Assembly (NCBI GenBank): GCA_030599585.1
Contig: JAUVNS010000012.1
Span: forward strand, 64,001 to 128,000
DNA: 64,000 bases
Source of the DNA: Promethearchaeota archaeon
GTDB taxonomy: Archaea > Asgardarchaeota > Lokiarchaeia > Sigyniarchaeales > SOKP01
Direction: 5' to 3'
The notes beneath the pieces were generated by a model. That model searched no databases. It was not told the DNA's origin and saw only the letters and a list, made by a program, of their open reading frames with translations. Within the stretch, counting starts at the first letter, position 1; every line of letters begins with the position of its first letter. Made by a program: the position numbers and the translations under genes. Shown piece by piece: positions 54,769 through 64,000 of this stretch.

Positions 54769-57624
54769 ATGTCATATATTAAAAAGGAAGAAGAAATAAT
54801 TCAGTTTTGGAAAGAAAACAAGATATTCGAAAAGAGCGTCGAGTATAGATCAAAAAACCCCCCGTACATATTTTACGATGGGCCTCCATTTGCCACAGGG
54901 TTACCCCATTATGGAAACATATTAAGTATCGTAACAAAAGATGTATTTCCAAGGTATTGGACAATGAAAAATCATCGTTGCGAAAGAAGATGGGGATGGG
55001 ATTGTCACGGGCTCCCTATAGAAAGCATTTGCGAACGAGAATTAAAAATAAAGCAGAAGAACGAAATTTACGAGATGGGATTAAGTGAATTTAACGAATT
55101 CTGCAGATCGAAAGTTCTATGGTACGCCAATGAATGGAAAAATACCGTTGATCGGATGGGTAAATGGATAGAATTTGATAATGCTTATAAAACAATGGAT
55201 AATTCGTATATGGAAACGATTTGGTTTATATTTAAGAAGATATATGATGAAGGATATGTCTATAAAGGCAAAAAAGTTCTTCTCTATTGCCCTAGATGCG
55301 AAACCCCACTCTCAAATTTTGAAATATCTATGGATAACAGCTACAAGGACATTACCGAAAAATCTGTTATAGCGAAGTTCAAATTAAAGGGTGATTCAAA
55401 TACATATTTACTTGCTTGGAGTACCACGCCATGGACATTAATTGGTAATATAGCGTTAGCAGTAAATAGTAAACTTGATTATGTAAAAGTTAGGGTTGGA
55501 GAGGAATTTTTGATTTTAATAAAAACTAGAATAGATTTAATAGGCGAGAATTATGAAATAGTTGATAATTTTAAAGGAGAATCTTTACTCAATAAACCTT
55601 ATGAACCGTTGTATCAAGTTTCTGTTGATACTGAGAAAGTAGGTCATTTTATTATTGATGGTGGCGAAGAAGTCTTATCAGATGAAGGTACGGGAATAGT
55701 ACATATGGCTATTTATGGTGAATTTGATTACAAAATGATTAATAAGTACGATATGCCGATAATCCAGCATATTGATAAACAAGGTAAATTATCTGACGGT
55801 CCTGATGACTGGAAAGGTATGTGGTTTAAAGATGTCGATAAAGTGGTACTAAATGATTTAAATAGTCGAAATCTTTTATTTGATACAGAAGACTACACTC
55901 ACTCTTATCCTTTCTGTTATAGATGTGATACACCTCTAATTTATAACGCACTTGATGCTTGGTTCATAGAAATTCAGAAAATAAAGGCTAGGCTTCTAAA
56001 AACTAATGAGCGAATCAATTGGTATCCTAAAGAAGTTACGAAAAGATACAAATACATAATAGAAACTGCTCCTGATTGGTGTATATCGAGAAATCGATTT
56101 TGGGCTACAGCGATGCCAATATGGACATGCGTGCATTGTAATACAATTAAAGTAATCGGTTCTGTAAATGAACTTCAAGCCCACGCAATCGAGATTGTTG
56201 ATGATAATCTAGATCTACACAGGCACATCGTAGATGATATTCATTTGAAATGTTCTGAATGTGGAAATATAATGAACCGCATACCTGAAGTTTTTGATTG
56301 CTGGCTCGAATCGGGCTCAATGCCGTTTGCTGCAAAGCATTACCCTTTTGAGAATGTTGACTGGTTCAAGCACAATTTCCCTAGTGATTTTGTGTCAGAA
56401 TATATTGGACAAACGAGGGCTTGGTTCTACTACATGCATGTAATCTCAATTCTGATGTTTGATGAGATCCCGTTTAAAAATGTCGTAGTAAATGGTAATA
56501 TACTCGCTGAAGATGGAGCCAAAATGTCAAAATCAAAAAAAAATTTTGCTGAACCGTCTCTAATAATAGGAAGATACGGAGCTGACGCCTTAAGGATTTA
56601 TCTTATGGCGTCCCAGTTAATGCGAGCAAAAGATTTAAACTTTAAAGAAGAAAGCGTTAAGCAAATCTATCGAAGATTTAATTTACTATTGTTTAATGTT
56701 CTAAAATTTTATTCTTTATTTGAGATTAACAATTTATCTGTAGAAAACTCCAATTCAGAGCATATTTTAGATAAGTGGATTCTAAATTTAGTGAATGATC
56801 TTACTCTGGATGTGACTCAGCGATTAGATGACTACGATACTCAGGAAACAAGCAAGTTAATTATTAATTTCGTTGAAGAATTATCAACTTGGTACATCAA
56901 AAATAGTAGAACTAGATTTAAAAGCGAAATAATAAGCGAAAAGCTAGCAGCGATGAATACCTTGACATACGTACTTCACGTTTTGTCGAAAATCATAGCA
57001 CCAATAACGCCCTTCATTTCTGAAATGATATATCAGAAATTGAAGGAAAGAAATTTAGTAAAATACGAATCCGTGCATTTAGACCTATGGCCAGATTTTG
57101 ATCAAAGTTTATCCGTTCCAAATCTACAGACTAAAATGAATTTAACTAAGGAAATAGTTCAAAAATCTTTGGAATTAAGAGAAAAGGTCAAAATACCTTT
57201 ACGACAACCGCTGAAAAAGATTGTGCTGAAAGGAGTAAGTTTGGACGATGAATTTTTAGATTTAATTAAAAAAGCATTAAATGTGAAAGAAGTTTTAATA
57301 AAAAATGAAGATGCATCTGAATTAACTGTAGAATTGGATACAGAAATCACGAGAGAACTGAAACTAGAAGGAATAGCTAGAAACTTGATAAGAAATATTA
57401 ATAATCACAGGAAGAAAATGAAGCTATCGACGAAAAATAGAATAAGATTATATCTAAATGCTGAAGACGATGATATTTTAGAAGCCATATCTAAACACCA
57501 AAACTACATCAAAAAAATGGTACAAGCAGAAGTAATTTTTAATAAGATAGATAATAATAGAGATATTAAGACATTTAAAGTAAACCAAAGCGAAGTTTCA
57601 ACTTATCTCGAGGTAATAACTTAA
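54769..57624 (+). CDS. ileS: Isoleucyl-tRNA synthetase, type 2 (IleRS2)
   Basis: FYDGPPFATGLPHYGN, GWDCHGLP, WSTTPWTL, DWCISRNR.W, DCW.ESGSMP, GQTRAWFY, KMSKS; type-2 C-terminus LDT.IT.EL..EG.AR. Confidence 0.97.
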   Translation: MSYIKKEEEIIQFWKENKIFEKSVEYRSKNPPYIFYDGPPFATGLPHYGNILSIVTKDVFPRYWTMKNHRCERRWGWDCHGLPIESICERELKIKQKNEIYEMGLSEFNEFCRSKVLWYANEWKNTVDRMGKWIEFDNAYKTMDNSYMETIWFIFKKIYDEGYVYKGKKVLLYCPRCETPLSNFEISMDNSYKDITEKSVIAKFKLKGDSNTYLLAWSTTPWTLIGNIALAVNSKLDYVKVRVGEEFLILIKTRIDLIGENYEIVDNFKGESLLNKPYEPLYQVSVDTEKVGHFIIDGGEEVLSDEGTGIVHMAIYGEFDYKMINKYDMPIIQHIDKQGKLSDGPDDWKGMWFKDVDKVVLNDLNSRNLLFDTEDYTHSYPFCYRCDTPLIYNALDAWFIEIQKIKARLLKTNERINWYPKEVTKRYKYIIETAPDWCISRNRFWATAMPIWTCVHCNTIKVIGSVNELQAHAIEIVDDNLDLHRHIVDDIHLKCSECGNIMNRIPEVFDCWLESGSMPFAAKHYPFENVDWFKHNFPSDFVSEYIGQTRAWFYYMHVISILMFDEIPFKNVVVNGNILAEDGAKMSKSKKNFAEPSLIIGRYGADALRIYLMASQLMRAKDLNFKEESVKQIYRRFNLLLFNVLKFYSLFEINNLSVENSNSEHILDKWILNLVNDLTLDVTQRLDDYDTQETSKLIINFVEELSTWYIKNSRTRFKSEIISEKLAAMNTLTYVLHVLSKIIAPITPFISEMIYQKLKERNLVKYESVHLDLWPDFDQSLSVPNLQTKMNLTKEIVQKSLELREKVKIPLRQPLKKIVLKGVSLDDEFLDLIKKALNVKEVLIKNEDASELTVELDTEITRELKLEGIARNLIRNINNHRKKMKLSTKNRIRLYLNAEDDDILEAISKHQNYIKKMVQAEVIFNKIDNNRDIKTFKVNQSEVSTYLEVIT

Positions 57625-57660
57625 TATAGCCAACGCATAATCAAATGTAATAATTTGGCT

Positions 57661-59316
57661 TTAGCTGTTGTTGGATAAAAATTTTTTTATTTTTTCTTCA
57701 ATATATTCTTTTAACAAATAGTAAGGTAAATCTCCACTTCTAAGAATAGTATCATGAAAGAACTTTAGACTGAATTTATCCCCCATTTTTTCTTCCACCT
57801 CCCGTCGTAAATCTTCAATTAAGAGCTTTCCAACGAGATACGACAGTTCATATCCTGGAATAGATGTAAAATCTAATATCGCTGCTATAGCTGCTGTTTC
57901 TTCCGTTGCTAAAACATTCATTAACATTTGACTAGCATCTAACATTGTTCGTTGTTTACAGTGTAATTGGATGTCCAATATTAGATCCATAGCGTATTGT
58001 AACTGGAATCCCGAAATTAATTGCTGAGATTTCACAGGATCGTTATAAAATCCTTCTTGTAACATCATTTCCTCGCAATATACTGCCCATCCTTCTGTAG
58101 TTTCACTAGCTACTCCTAGATCAGAAGTAACTCCTAATAATCGAATGGGAGGAGCAAATCCATTACTGCAAACAAAATCCAAATGGTGTCCAGGATAAGC
58201 TTCATGAACCATTAAATGAGATATTAGGGTATAAGAAAGTCGTTCTTTTTGTGTAGGGCTAATCATAAAAATTCCAGGTTGTTCTCCACTATAATAAGGT
58301 GGTTCATAATATGCTGCAGTAACAATACTTGGGATAAGGTGGGGAGGAGTTTCTATGATAACCAACTTCTCTTGAGGAATGGAAACAAGATCATGGGATT
58401 CTACGAACTCTTTTGCTCGTTTTGCTTCAATCCGAGTGTACTCAAAGACATCTTGAAAAGTAGGAATCAGATCTTCTTTAAAAAAAGCTTCAATTGCCTC
58501 GTTAAGGGTTTTCGTAGGATATAACTCCTTGGTAATTTGTTTTATTTTTTTAAAAGCAGAACTAAATAACTTATTTCCTTTTTTTAAGAGTGTTTTTCGA
58601 TCCCAAGGAAGTTTCCGTAAACTCAACATTACATCGAATTTTTCAGGTCCTAAAGCCCAGGCAAAATCATCGTCATCTACGGGTAAACTTTTTATCCATT
58701 CTATATGAGCTTGGATGTGTGGTTGAACCTCTTTAATGGTTTTTAGCAATCTACTTTTCACAGATTCGGTAACTTCTGATGGTTCATTGTAAGCTTCAGT
58801 AACCGTTTGTAAAAATTTGGGAGTTTTTTGAATTTGCTCTAAAGCCAAATCTCTCCATACTAGTGGAATTGGAGCCTTATCGAAACGGGATTGAAATTCC
58901 TCTAAATATTTAGGTAAATGGGTTAAGTGGGTGATGATTGCTTCTGCTACACTAGTAACTGGTCCCTTTCGTTGGAATAAGAGAAAGGAAATCTCTTGAA
59001 AATATGCTAATCCATTGGGGTGTTTTTTCCATAAGGGAAACGCCTTGTGCATGAACAAGTTGATATTGTGAAAATAGCTCATTGTTTTTAGTGATATTTG
59101 ATTTTCGAAATTTAATTTTTTACCATCTAATTGCTTAAGCTCATCAATCCATTCGCTAAAAAACTTAAGATTCTCTACAATATGTTCTTTCGTTCCTGAT
59201 TCTACTACTCTTTCATATTCTTCCTTGCCTAACTTGACAGCAATTCTTGCGTTATGCTCAAAGAATTCTTCCATACCTCTAGTGACTATAATATCGAATT
59301 TTTGGTCTTCATTCAT
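57661..59316 (-). CDS. DUF885 family putative metallopeptidase
   Basis: HEAYPGHH, EGWA.Y.E, PG...SY..G, F.LK.FHD..L..G. Confidence 0.9.
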   Translation of the reverse strand: MNEDQKFDIIVTRGMEEFFEHNARIAVKLGKEEYERVVESGTKEHIVENLKFFSEWIDELKQLDGKKLNFENQISLKTMSYFHNINLFMHKAFPLWKKHPNGLAYFQEISFLLFQRKGPVTSVAEAIITHLTHLPKYLEEFQSRFDKAPIPLVWRDLALEQIQKTPKFLQTVTEAYNEPSEVTESVKSRLLKTIKEVQPHIQAHIEWIKSLPVDDDDFAWALGPEKFDVMLSLRKLPWDRKTLLKKGNKLFSSAFKKIKQITKELYPTKTLNEAIEAFFKEDLIPTFQDVFEYTRIEAKRAKEFVESHDLVSIPQEKLVIIETPPHLIPSIVTAAYYEPPYYSGEQPGIFMISPTQKERLSYTLISHLMVHEAYPGHHLDFVCSNGFAPPIRLLGVTSDLGVASETTEGWAVYCEEMMLQEGFYNDPVKSQQLISGFQLQYAMDLILDIQLHCKQRTMLDASQMLMNVLATEETAAIAAILDFTSIPGYELSYLVGKLLIEDLRREVEEKMGDKFSLKFFHDTILRSGDLPYYLLKEYIEEKIKKFLSNNS

Positions 59317-59433
59317 TATCTAATCATCTCATTTACGAATTGGATTTATTATTAAAGGTTAATTGCGTTAGATTCAAACATAACAGAGAAAAAAAAAAAT
59401 TTGTTGTTATATTTTAAATGTTAATTTTTAAAA

Positions 59434-59742
59434 CTATTTCTTTAAAAATTCTTTAATGGCATCCTCAGCTTCCGTAAGTAACTCCACTTTATATGTATAT
59501 CCTTCTACAGAAGCATAAAAGCTATATCTTTTAGCTAAAGCAGCCATACTTTCAACGATTTTATCATCTGGACACTCATATACCGCGTATGACTTTAGGC
59601 CTTCATCAGTTATTTGTGCGATCCAATTTTCTACCTTTTTAAGGAAGTCAGGGTAAGCAGGCTTGTCAGTTCTCATATATGTTTTGACAGATTCGTTCAA
59701 CTTATGGTGAGGGGTTTTTCCAACTATCATAATTTTTACCAT
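59434..59742 (-). CDS. Small hypothetical protein
   Basis: 102-aa ORF with GAGTGA SD-like site upstream; no confident family. Confidence 0.65.
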   Translation of the reverse strand: MVKIMIVGKTPHHKLNESVKTYMRTDKPAYPDFLKKVENWIAQITDEGLKSYAVYECPDDKIVESMAALAKRYSFYASVEGYTYKVELLTEAEDAIKEFLKK

Positions 59743-59940
59743 ATTGTTTTCACTCTTTTAACTATTTTTTAATTTTGGATTCGAAATGTTAAGAAATAAT
59801 ATGAGAATTCTCTATAAAAACTTTAACAATTTCGTCAAAAAACCATTATGGTTATGTGGTAACACCTTTCAAATTTGAAGGACTTAATTTAGAGAAAAAG
59901 ATTTTAGGAAAACATTAATTGTATAAATTAATAATATCAG

Positions 59941-62928
59941 ATGATCATCAATACTTCTCTTTTGATTAACATGTTATCCGATGAAGATAGAACGCAATTA
60001 AAAAGCGCCATTAACGATAAAGAGCTCAAAAAAATATTTAAAACAATAGCATCAAAGAATCCTGATGAATTTTTTCCAACCCAAGAACTTAGGCAATTGG
60101 GATACATAAGAAAGCAATGCGAATGTTGTGGTACTTATTTCTGGACCACCATCCGTGAAAGGAAAGTATGTGGAGAGCCCGTATGTTCTGGTGGTTTTCA
60201 AGTCACAGAAAACAACCCCGTTAAAAAAAAACTGTCATATATAGGTGTTTGGGAAAAAATTGTCGAAGTACTTGAGCCGAGGGGGTACGTCCCTATTAAA
60301 AGGTACCCATGCGTAGCAAGATGGGACCCCACTTCAGAATTCACTATAGCCTCAATTTCTGCTTTTCAACCTTATGTTATTACGGGTGAAGTTGAGCCCC
60401 CTGCAAAAAAGTTAATAATCCCTCAATTTTGTTTAAGATTTAACGATATTGAAAATGTAGGATTGACCGGTTCACATAATACAGGGTTCGTAATGATAGG
60501 ACAGCACGTTTTCGTGCCACCTGAAGAGTGGAACCAAGGAGAACTCTTTTTAGATATTCATGCTTTTATCCACGAAGGCGTAGGTTTACCTAAACAAGAA
60601 ATCACGATTCACGAAGACAGTTGGGCAGGAGGTGGCTCCTTTGGATGCAGTCTTGAATTTTTTAGTCGAGGTGTTGAATTGTTCAATCAAGTATATACTA
60701 TGTTCGAGCAAACTCCAGATGGACCCCAAGAGCTGAATATAAAAGTTTTAGATATGGGGATGGGTCACGAGCGTGTAGCATGGTTCTCCCAAGGAACCCC
60801 AAACATTTACGAAGCAACATTTCCAGATGTTATCTCTAAATTAAAAGACATTACTAAAGTTAAAACACATTTTGAGTTGTATAACGAATTTTCAAGGTAT
60901 TCAGCTTACTTAAACATAGACGAAGTAGACGACATGGATGCTGCCTGGGAGAAAGTAGGAACTGAGCTTAAAATAGATGTAAATGAGCTAAAAAAAAAGA
61001 TTTTACCTATGACAGCACTATATTCCATCGCTGATCATGCGAGAACTTTATTGTTTGCAATTAACGATGGAAAACTCCCTTCTAATGTAGGTGGTGGATA
61101 TAATCTTAGAGTTATTTTAAGGCGCGCTCTAAACTTTATCGATAAATTCGGTTGGGATATTGAAATTTCGGACGTTTGCAATTGGCACGCGAAAGAACTG
61201 AAGGGCCTATTTCCAGAAGTTTCTGGACGGTTAGATGAAATAAAGAAGATTTTGAACGTAGAAAAAGAGAAGTATTATACTACAAGAAGAAAAGCAAGTA
61301 AAATGTTAGAAAAATTACTTGCCAAGGGAGATATTTCGACCGAAACATTGATAGAAATTTATGATTCCAGAGGAATAAATCCAGAGATGGTTAAAGACGC
61401 TGCGACCAAATTTGGCAAAAAAATCAAAATTCCTGACAATTTTTATAGTTTAGTAGTAGAAAGGCACGAAAATAAGGAAAAGATCAACGCTATATCTGAC
61501 GAAATCAAGCTAGATTTAAGCAATGTTTTAGAAACCAAATCTCTTTACTATTACGATTATACCAAGACATCTAACAATGCTAAAGTTTTAAAACTAGTTG
61601 GAAACAATGTGGTCCTTGATCAATCCGTTGCATATCCTACTTCAGGTGGTCAATTGCACGATATTGGAACAATAAACGGTCAAAAATTCAATAGTGTGTT
61701 GAAGCAAGGTAATTACATTATTCACGTTTTATCTGAAAAACCTAAATTCAAAGAAGGAGAGATGGTAAAAGTTGAAGTTGATAAAAAATGGCGTACGCAA
61801 CTTTCTCAACATCATACTGCTACTCATATTGTAAATGCTGCAGCTCGATTTGTATTAGGGAGCCATATTAATCAAGCTGGAGCTAAGAAGACTATGAAAC
61901 ATTCCAACTTGGACATTACCCATTACGAACAAATTTCTCGAGAAGATTTATTAAAAATAGAAAAAAAAGCAAATGAAATTGTTGATAGCGCAATTGATAT
62001 GAAACTATTTTTTCTTCCCCGCTCTGAAGCTGAGCAAAAATATGGTATGGCAATTTACCAAGGAGGTGCTGTTCCTGGAAAAAACATTAGAATCGTTGAG
62101 ATTCCAGGTGTGGATGTGGAAGCTTGTGGTGGGACGCACTTGAATAACACTTCTGAGGCAGGAAGAATTAAAATAATTAAAACTCAAAAAATTCAAGATG
62201 GTATCGTGAGATTGACCTTTACTGCAGGATCTGCCACTAAGGAACTTGAAGCAGAAGAATCTCAAAACTTAACCCAATTACAATCATTCTTGGACATTCC
62301 TCAAAATAAGATCGTAGGGAGAGTTGAAGAATTACTAACTAAGTGGAAAAACTTAAATAAAGCATTACAGACCGGAAAACTTGATGAAACGGATATGGTT
62401 CTGAATTCAAGTAATATAATTGAAGTGGAAATCTTAACTGAATTATCTCGAATTCTAAATACTAAAATAGAAGATATTTACTCGAAAGTAAAAAAATTAT
62501 ACGACGAATGGAACGGTGCTAAGGCAAAATTAAAAGAAGTGGAAAACTTACTTGACGAAAAATTTATCGATACTCTTATAAAATCAGCTTTTTCACTAAA
62601 CGAGTCTAAAATGATTCTTAAATCCTTTGAAAATCTTACTCCAAACGATCTTAAGAATCTAAGCGTGAAAATTCTCCGTAAATCTGAAGATTTAAACACA
62701 ATTTTTATCAATAAAGATGAGAAAGGTATAACTATAATTGGAATGGTAGGAAAAGGGCTTTTAAAAAGTTCCGACTTCAATATGGGAAATTTTGTGAAAA
62801 ATATCGCTTCGAGATACAACGGTAAGGGTGGTGGCAAGGTTGATTATGGGCAAATATTTATCGGGGATAAGGAATTAAATGTTGAAGATCTGGTTAACCA
62901 CATAAAAGAGGAACTAATAAATAGTTAA
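59941..62928 (+). CDS. alaS: Alanyl-tRNA synthetase (archaeal type)
   Basis: C..CG..FW, YP.VARW, ASI..FQP, Q.CLRFND..NVG.TG.H, DMGMG.ER, PSNVGGGYNLR, HHTATH, ACGGTH, GGG; start may be 59971. Confidence 0.97.
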   Translation: MIINTSLLINMLSDEDRTQLKSAINDKELKKIFKTIASKNPDEFFPTQELRQLGYIRKQCECCGTYFWTTIRERKVCGEPVCSGGFQVTENNPVKKKLSYIGVWEKIVEVLEPRGYVPIKRYPCVARWDPTSEFTIASISAFQPYVITGEVEPPAKKLIIPQFCLRFNDIENVGLTGSHNTGFVMIGQHVFVPPEEWNQGELFLDIHAFIHEGVGLPKQEITIHEDSWAGGGSFGCSLEFFSRGVELFNQVYTMFEQTPDGPQELNIKVLDMGMGHERVAWFSQGTPNIYEATFPDVISKLKDITKVKTHFELYNEFSRYSAYLNIDEVDDMDAAWEKVGTELKIDVNELKKKILPMTALYSIADHARTLLFAINDGKLPSNVGGGYNLRVILRRALNFIDKFGWDIEISDVCNWHAKELKGLFPEVSGRLDEIKKILNVEKEKYYTTRRKASKMLEKLLAKGDISTETLIEIYDSRGINPEMVKDAATKFGKKIKIPDNFYSLVVERHENKEKINAISDEIKLDLSNVLETKSLYYYDYTKTSNNAKVLKLVGNNVVLDQSVAYPTSGGQLHDIGTINGQKFNSVLKQGNYIIHVLSEKPKFKEGEMVKVEVDKKWRTQLSQHHTATHIVNAAARFVLGSHINQAGAKKTMKHSNLDITHYEQISREDLLKIEKKANEIVDSAIDMKLFFLPRSEAEQKYGMAIYQGGAVPGKNIRIVEIPGVDVEACGGTHLNNTSEAGRIKIIKTQKIQDGIVRLTFTAGSATKELEAEESQNLTQLQSFLDIPQNKIVGRVEELLTKWKNLNKALQTGKLDETDMVLNSSNIIEVEILTELSRILNTKIEDIYSKVKKLYDEWNGAKAKLKEVENLLDEKFIDTLIKSAFSLNESKMILKSFENLTPNDLKNLSVKILRKSEDLNTIFINKDEKGITIIGMVGKGLLKSSDFNMGNFVKNIASRYNGKGGGKVDYGQIFIGDKELNVEDLVNHIKEELINS

Positions 62929-63121
62929 ACTTTTCACAACATCCAATAGAAATTTTTAATAATATAATATATATTTTTCTTTGCATCATGCAAAGTTTGC
63001 CTTCTTCTAACTTCTACTTATATTTTCTATCTATATAGATTCTATATACTATGTCGAAATCGTTTAAATCAAGTTATAATATTATTTTAACTAAGATAAA
63101 AAAGAAAATATGAGATTAAAT

Positions 63122-63286
63122 ATGCTTGAAGTATTATTAGAAAATTCAACAGAAAAAAAGGAAGACAATTCAAAACTCAAGAAGAATCTAACAGAACCCT
63201 CGCTTGAGAAATCTATTGATATTGATAACATGATAGACCTGCTTAATCTCGATATTGTTAAAATATTAAAATATAATAGAATATAA
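63122..63286 (+). CDS. Small hypothetical protein
   Basis: Manual ORF MLEVLLENSTEKKEDNSK...KYNRI*; stop overlaps next ATG (TAATG). Confidence 0.35.
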   Translation: MLEVLLENSTEKKEDNSKLKKNLTEPSLEKSIDIDNMIDLLNLDIVKILKYNRI

Positions 63287-63462
63287 TGGTGAAATTTATA
63301 GTGAAATTAGTATATCAAGAATTTTTATGCCCTGAATGCGGCCAAATTAGGTGGCTAAAGGTTAAAAATATGTGCGTAGATTGTAAAGATAAATTGTTTT
63401 TAGATAAAATATCTCAATCTAGGAAAGTATTACACATTTTTAATGAGCAAATATGTGTATGA
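63286..63462 (+). CDS. Small CPxCG zinc-finger protein (58 aa)
   Basis: MVKFIVKLVYQEFLCPECGQIRWLKVKNMCVDCKDKLF...; below the ORF-track cutoff. Confidence 0.6.
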   Translation: MVKFIVKLVYQEFLCPECGQIRWLKVKNMCVDCKDKLFLDKISQSRKVLHIFNEQICV

Positions 63463-63632
63463 GAAATGGGCAAATTATAGCCTTTTAAACTCATTTTAAG
63501 AGTAATTTTTTTTGTAGCGATTTATTAGTAAAATTTTTCTAAGTGTAAATTAACATTCTTTAATATAGTTTAAAATTTAATGTGCATTAAGATTAAATAA
63601 AAATAATCTAAAATAAGAGTAAATGTGCTAAA

Positions 63633-63722
63633 ATGGTTAACCTCATACAAATAAGCGATTTGCACTATGGTTCTGAGTTTGTGCCTAAAAAAACTTCGGT
63701 AATTCTAGATATTCTTTCTTGA
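63633..63722 (+). pseudogene. 5' stub of a calcineurin-like metallophosphoesterase
   Basis: MVNLIQISDLHYGSEFVPKKTSVILDILS*; only motif I (SDLH) present. Confidence 0.6.
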
Positions 63723-64000
63723 AATTTTCCTTTACGAGTCAAAAATTTGTGGAGCGATCAAGAGATTAATTTATTGCTAAAAAATATCGATCTTAGCGTC
63801 ATTAAATCGTGTTTAATTAGATTTCAAGATAAATCATACCGCGTTTTTTGATAAAGTTAATTTCGTCTTACTACCTAGTGCTAACCCGTATAACTTTTTT
63901 TAGTAAATCTTTTTTGATAAATTTAAAAATCATTCTTGTATGATTTAGTTATATAAGTGTTCTACATTTTTGGTTACTTCAAATTAATTTTTCTTAGATG

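Noticed and set aside
59745-59940. Possible Ala-rich leader before alaS, by analogy to ileS
   Set aside because: The short ORF there (MRILYKNFNNFVKKPLWLCGNTFQI) has no Ala codons, and no comparable helices were seen.
230-62837. Numerous 60-160 aa ORFs antisense to or nested within long genes (e.g. 3913..4242, 22818..23303, 33520..33954, 42023..42400, 62478..62837)
   Set aside because: Shadow ORFs overlapping well-supported genes, with no recognisable motifs.
1-64000. tRNA, rRNA, transposase or integrase genes
   Set aside because: No GC-rich cloverleaf or rRNA-like segments and no recombinase motifs recognised by eye; tRNAscan/Infernal were not run.

Overview
This is a low-GC, gene-dense archaeal chromosome segment whose content points to an Asgard archaeon, probably Lokiarchaeia. 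The evidence is ether-lipid synthesis genes, methanopterin/F420 genes, class I LysRS, archaeal AlaRS, a eukaryote-like Ubl/E1/E2/JAMM cluster, and SCP2, LRR and TPR proteins; the taxonomy is an inference. Main blocks: (1) an ether-lipid operon (prenol-kinase-like, GGR, GGGPS, DGGGPS); (2) a PadR-HAAS module with a perfect operator palindrome; (3) feoAB; (4) pterin genes (RFAP synthase, MptD, DUF447, DUF1464, DHPS-like) and folE-amidohydrolase-arfC-cofG-cofH; (5) a ubiquitin-like locus with two acidic-tailed single-Gly Ubls, E1, E2, JAMM, a 6-TM RING-like protein and a membrane-anchored non-conjugatable UBL; (6) a ~5.7 kb accessory island (Myb-like, tandem C2H2, LRR, SCP2) bracketed by a diverged duplicate of the endoQ 5' end; (7) ftsZ, ileS, DUF885, alaS. 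The most striking unannotated signal is a 24-codon Ile-rich leader ORF embedded in interlocking RNA helices directly upstream of ileS, which looks like ribosome-sensing attenuation in an archaeon. No rRNA, tRNA, CRISPR array, transposase or integrase was recognised. All family calls come from motif recognition by eye, not database searches.
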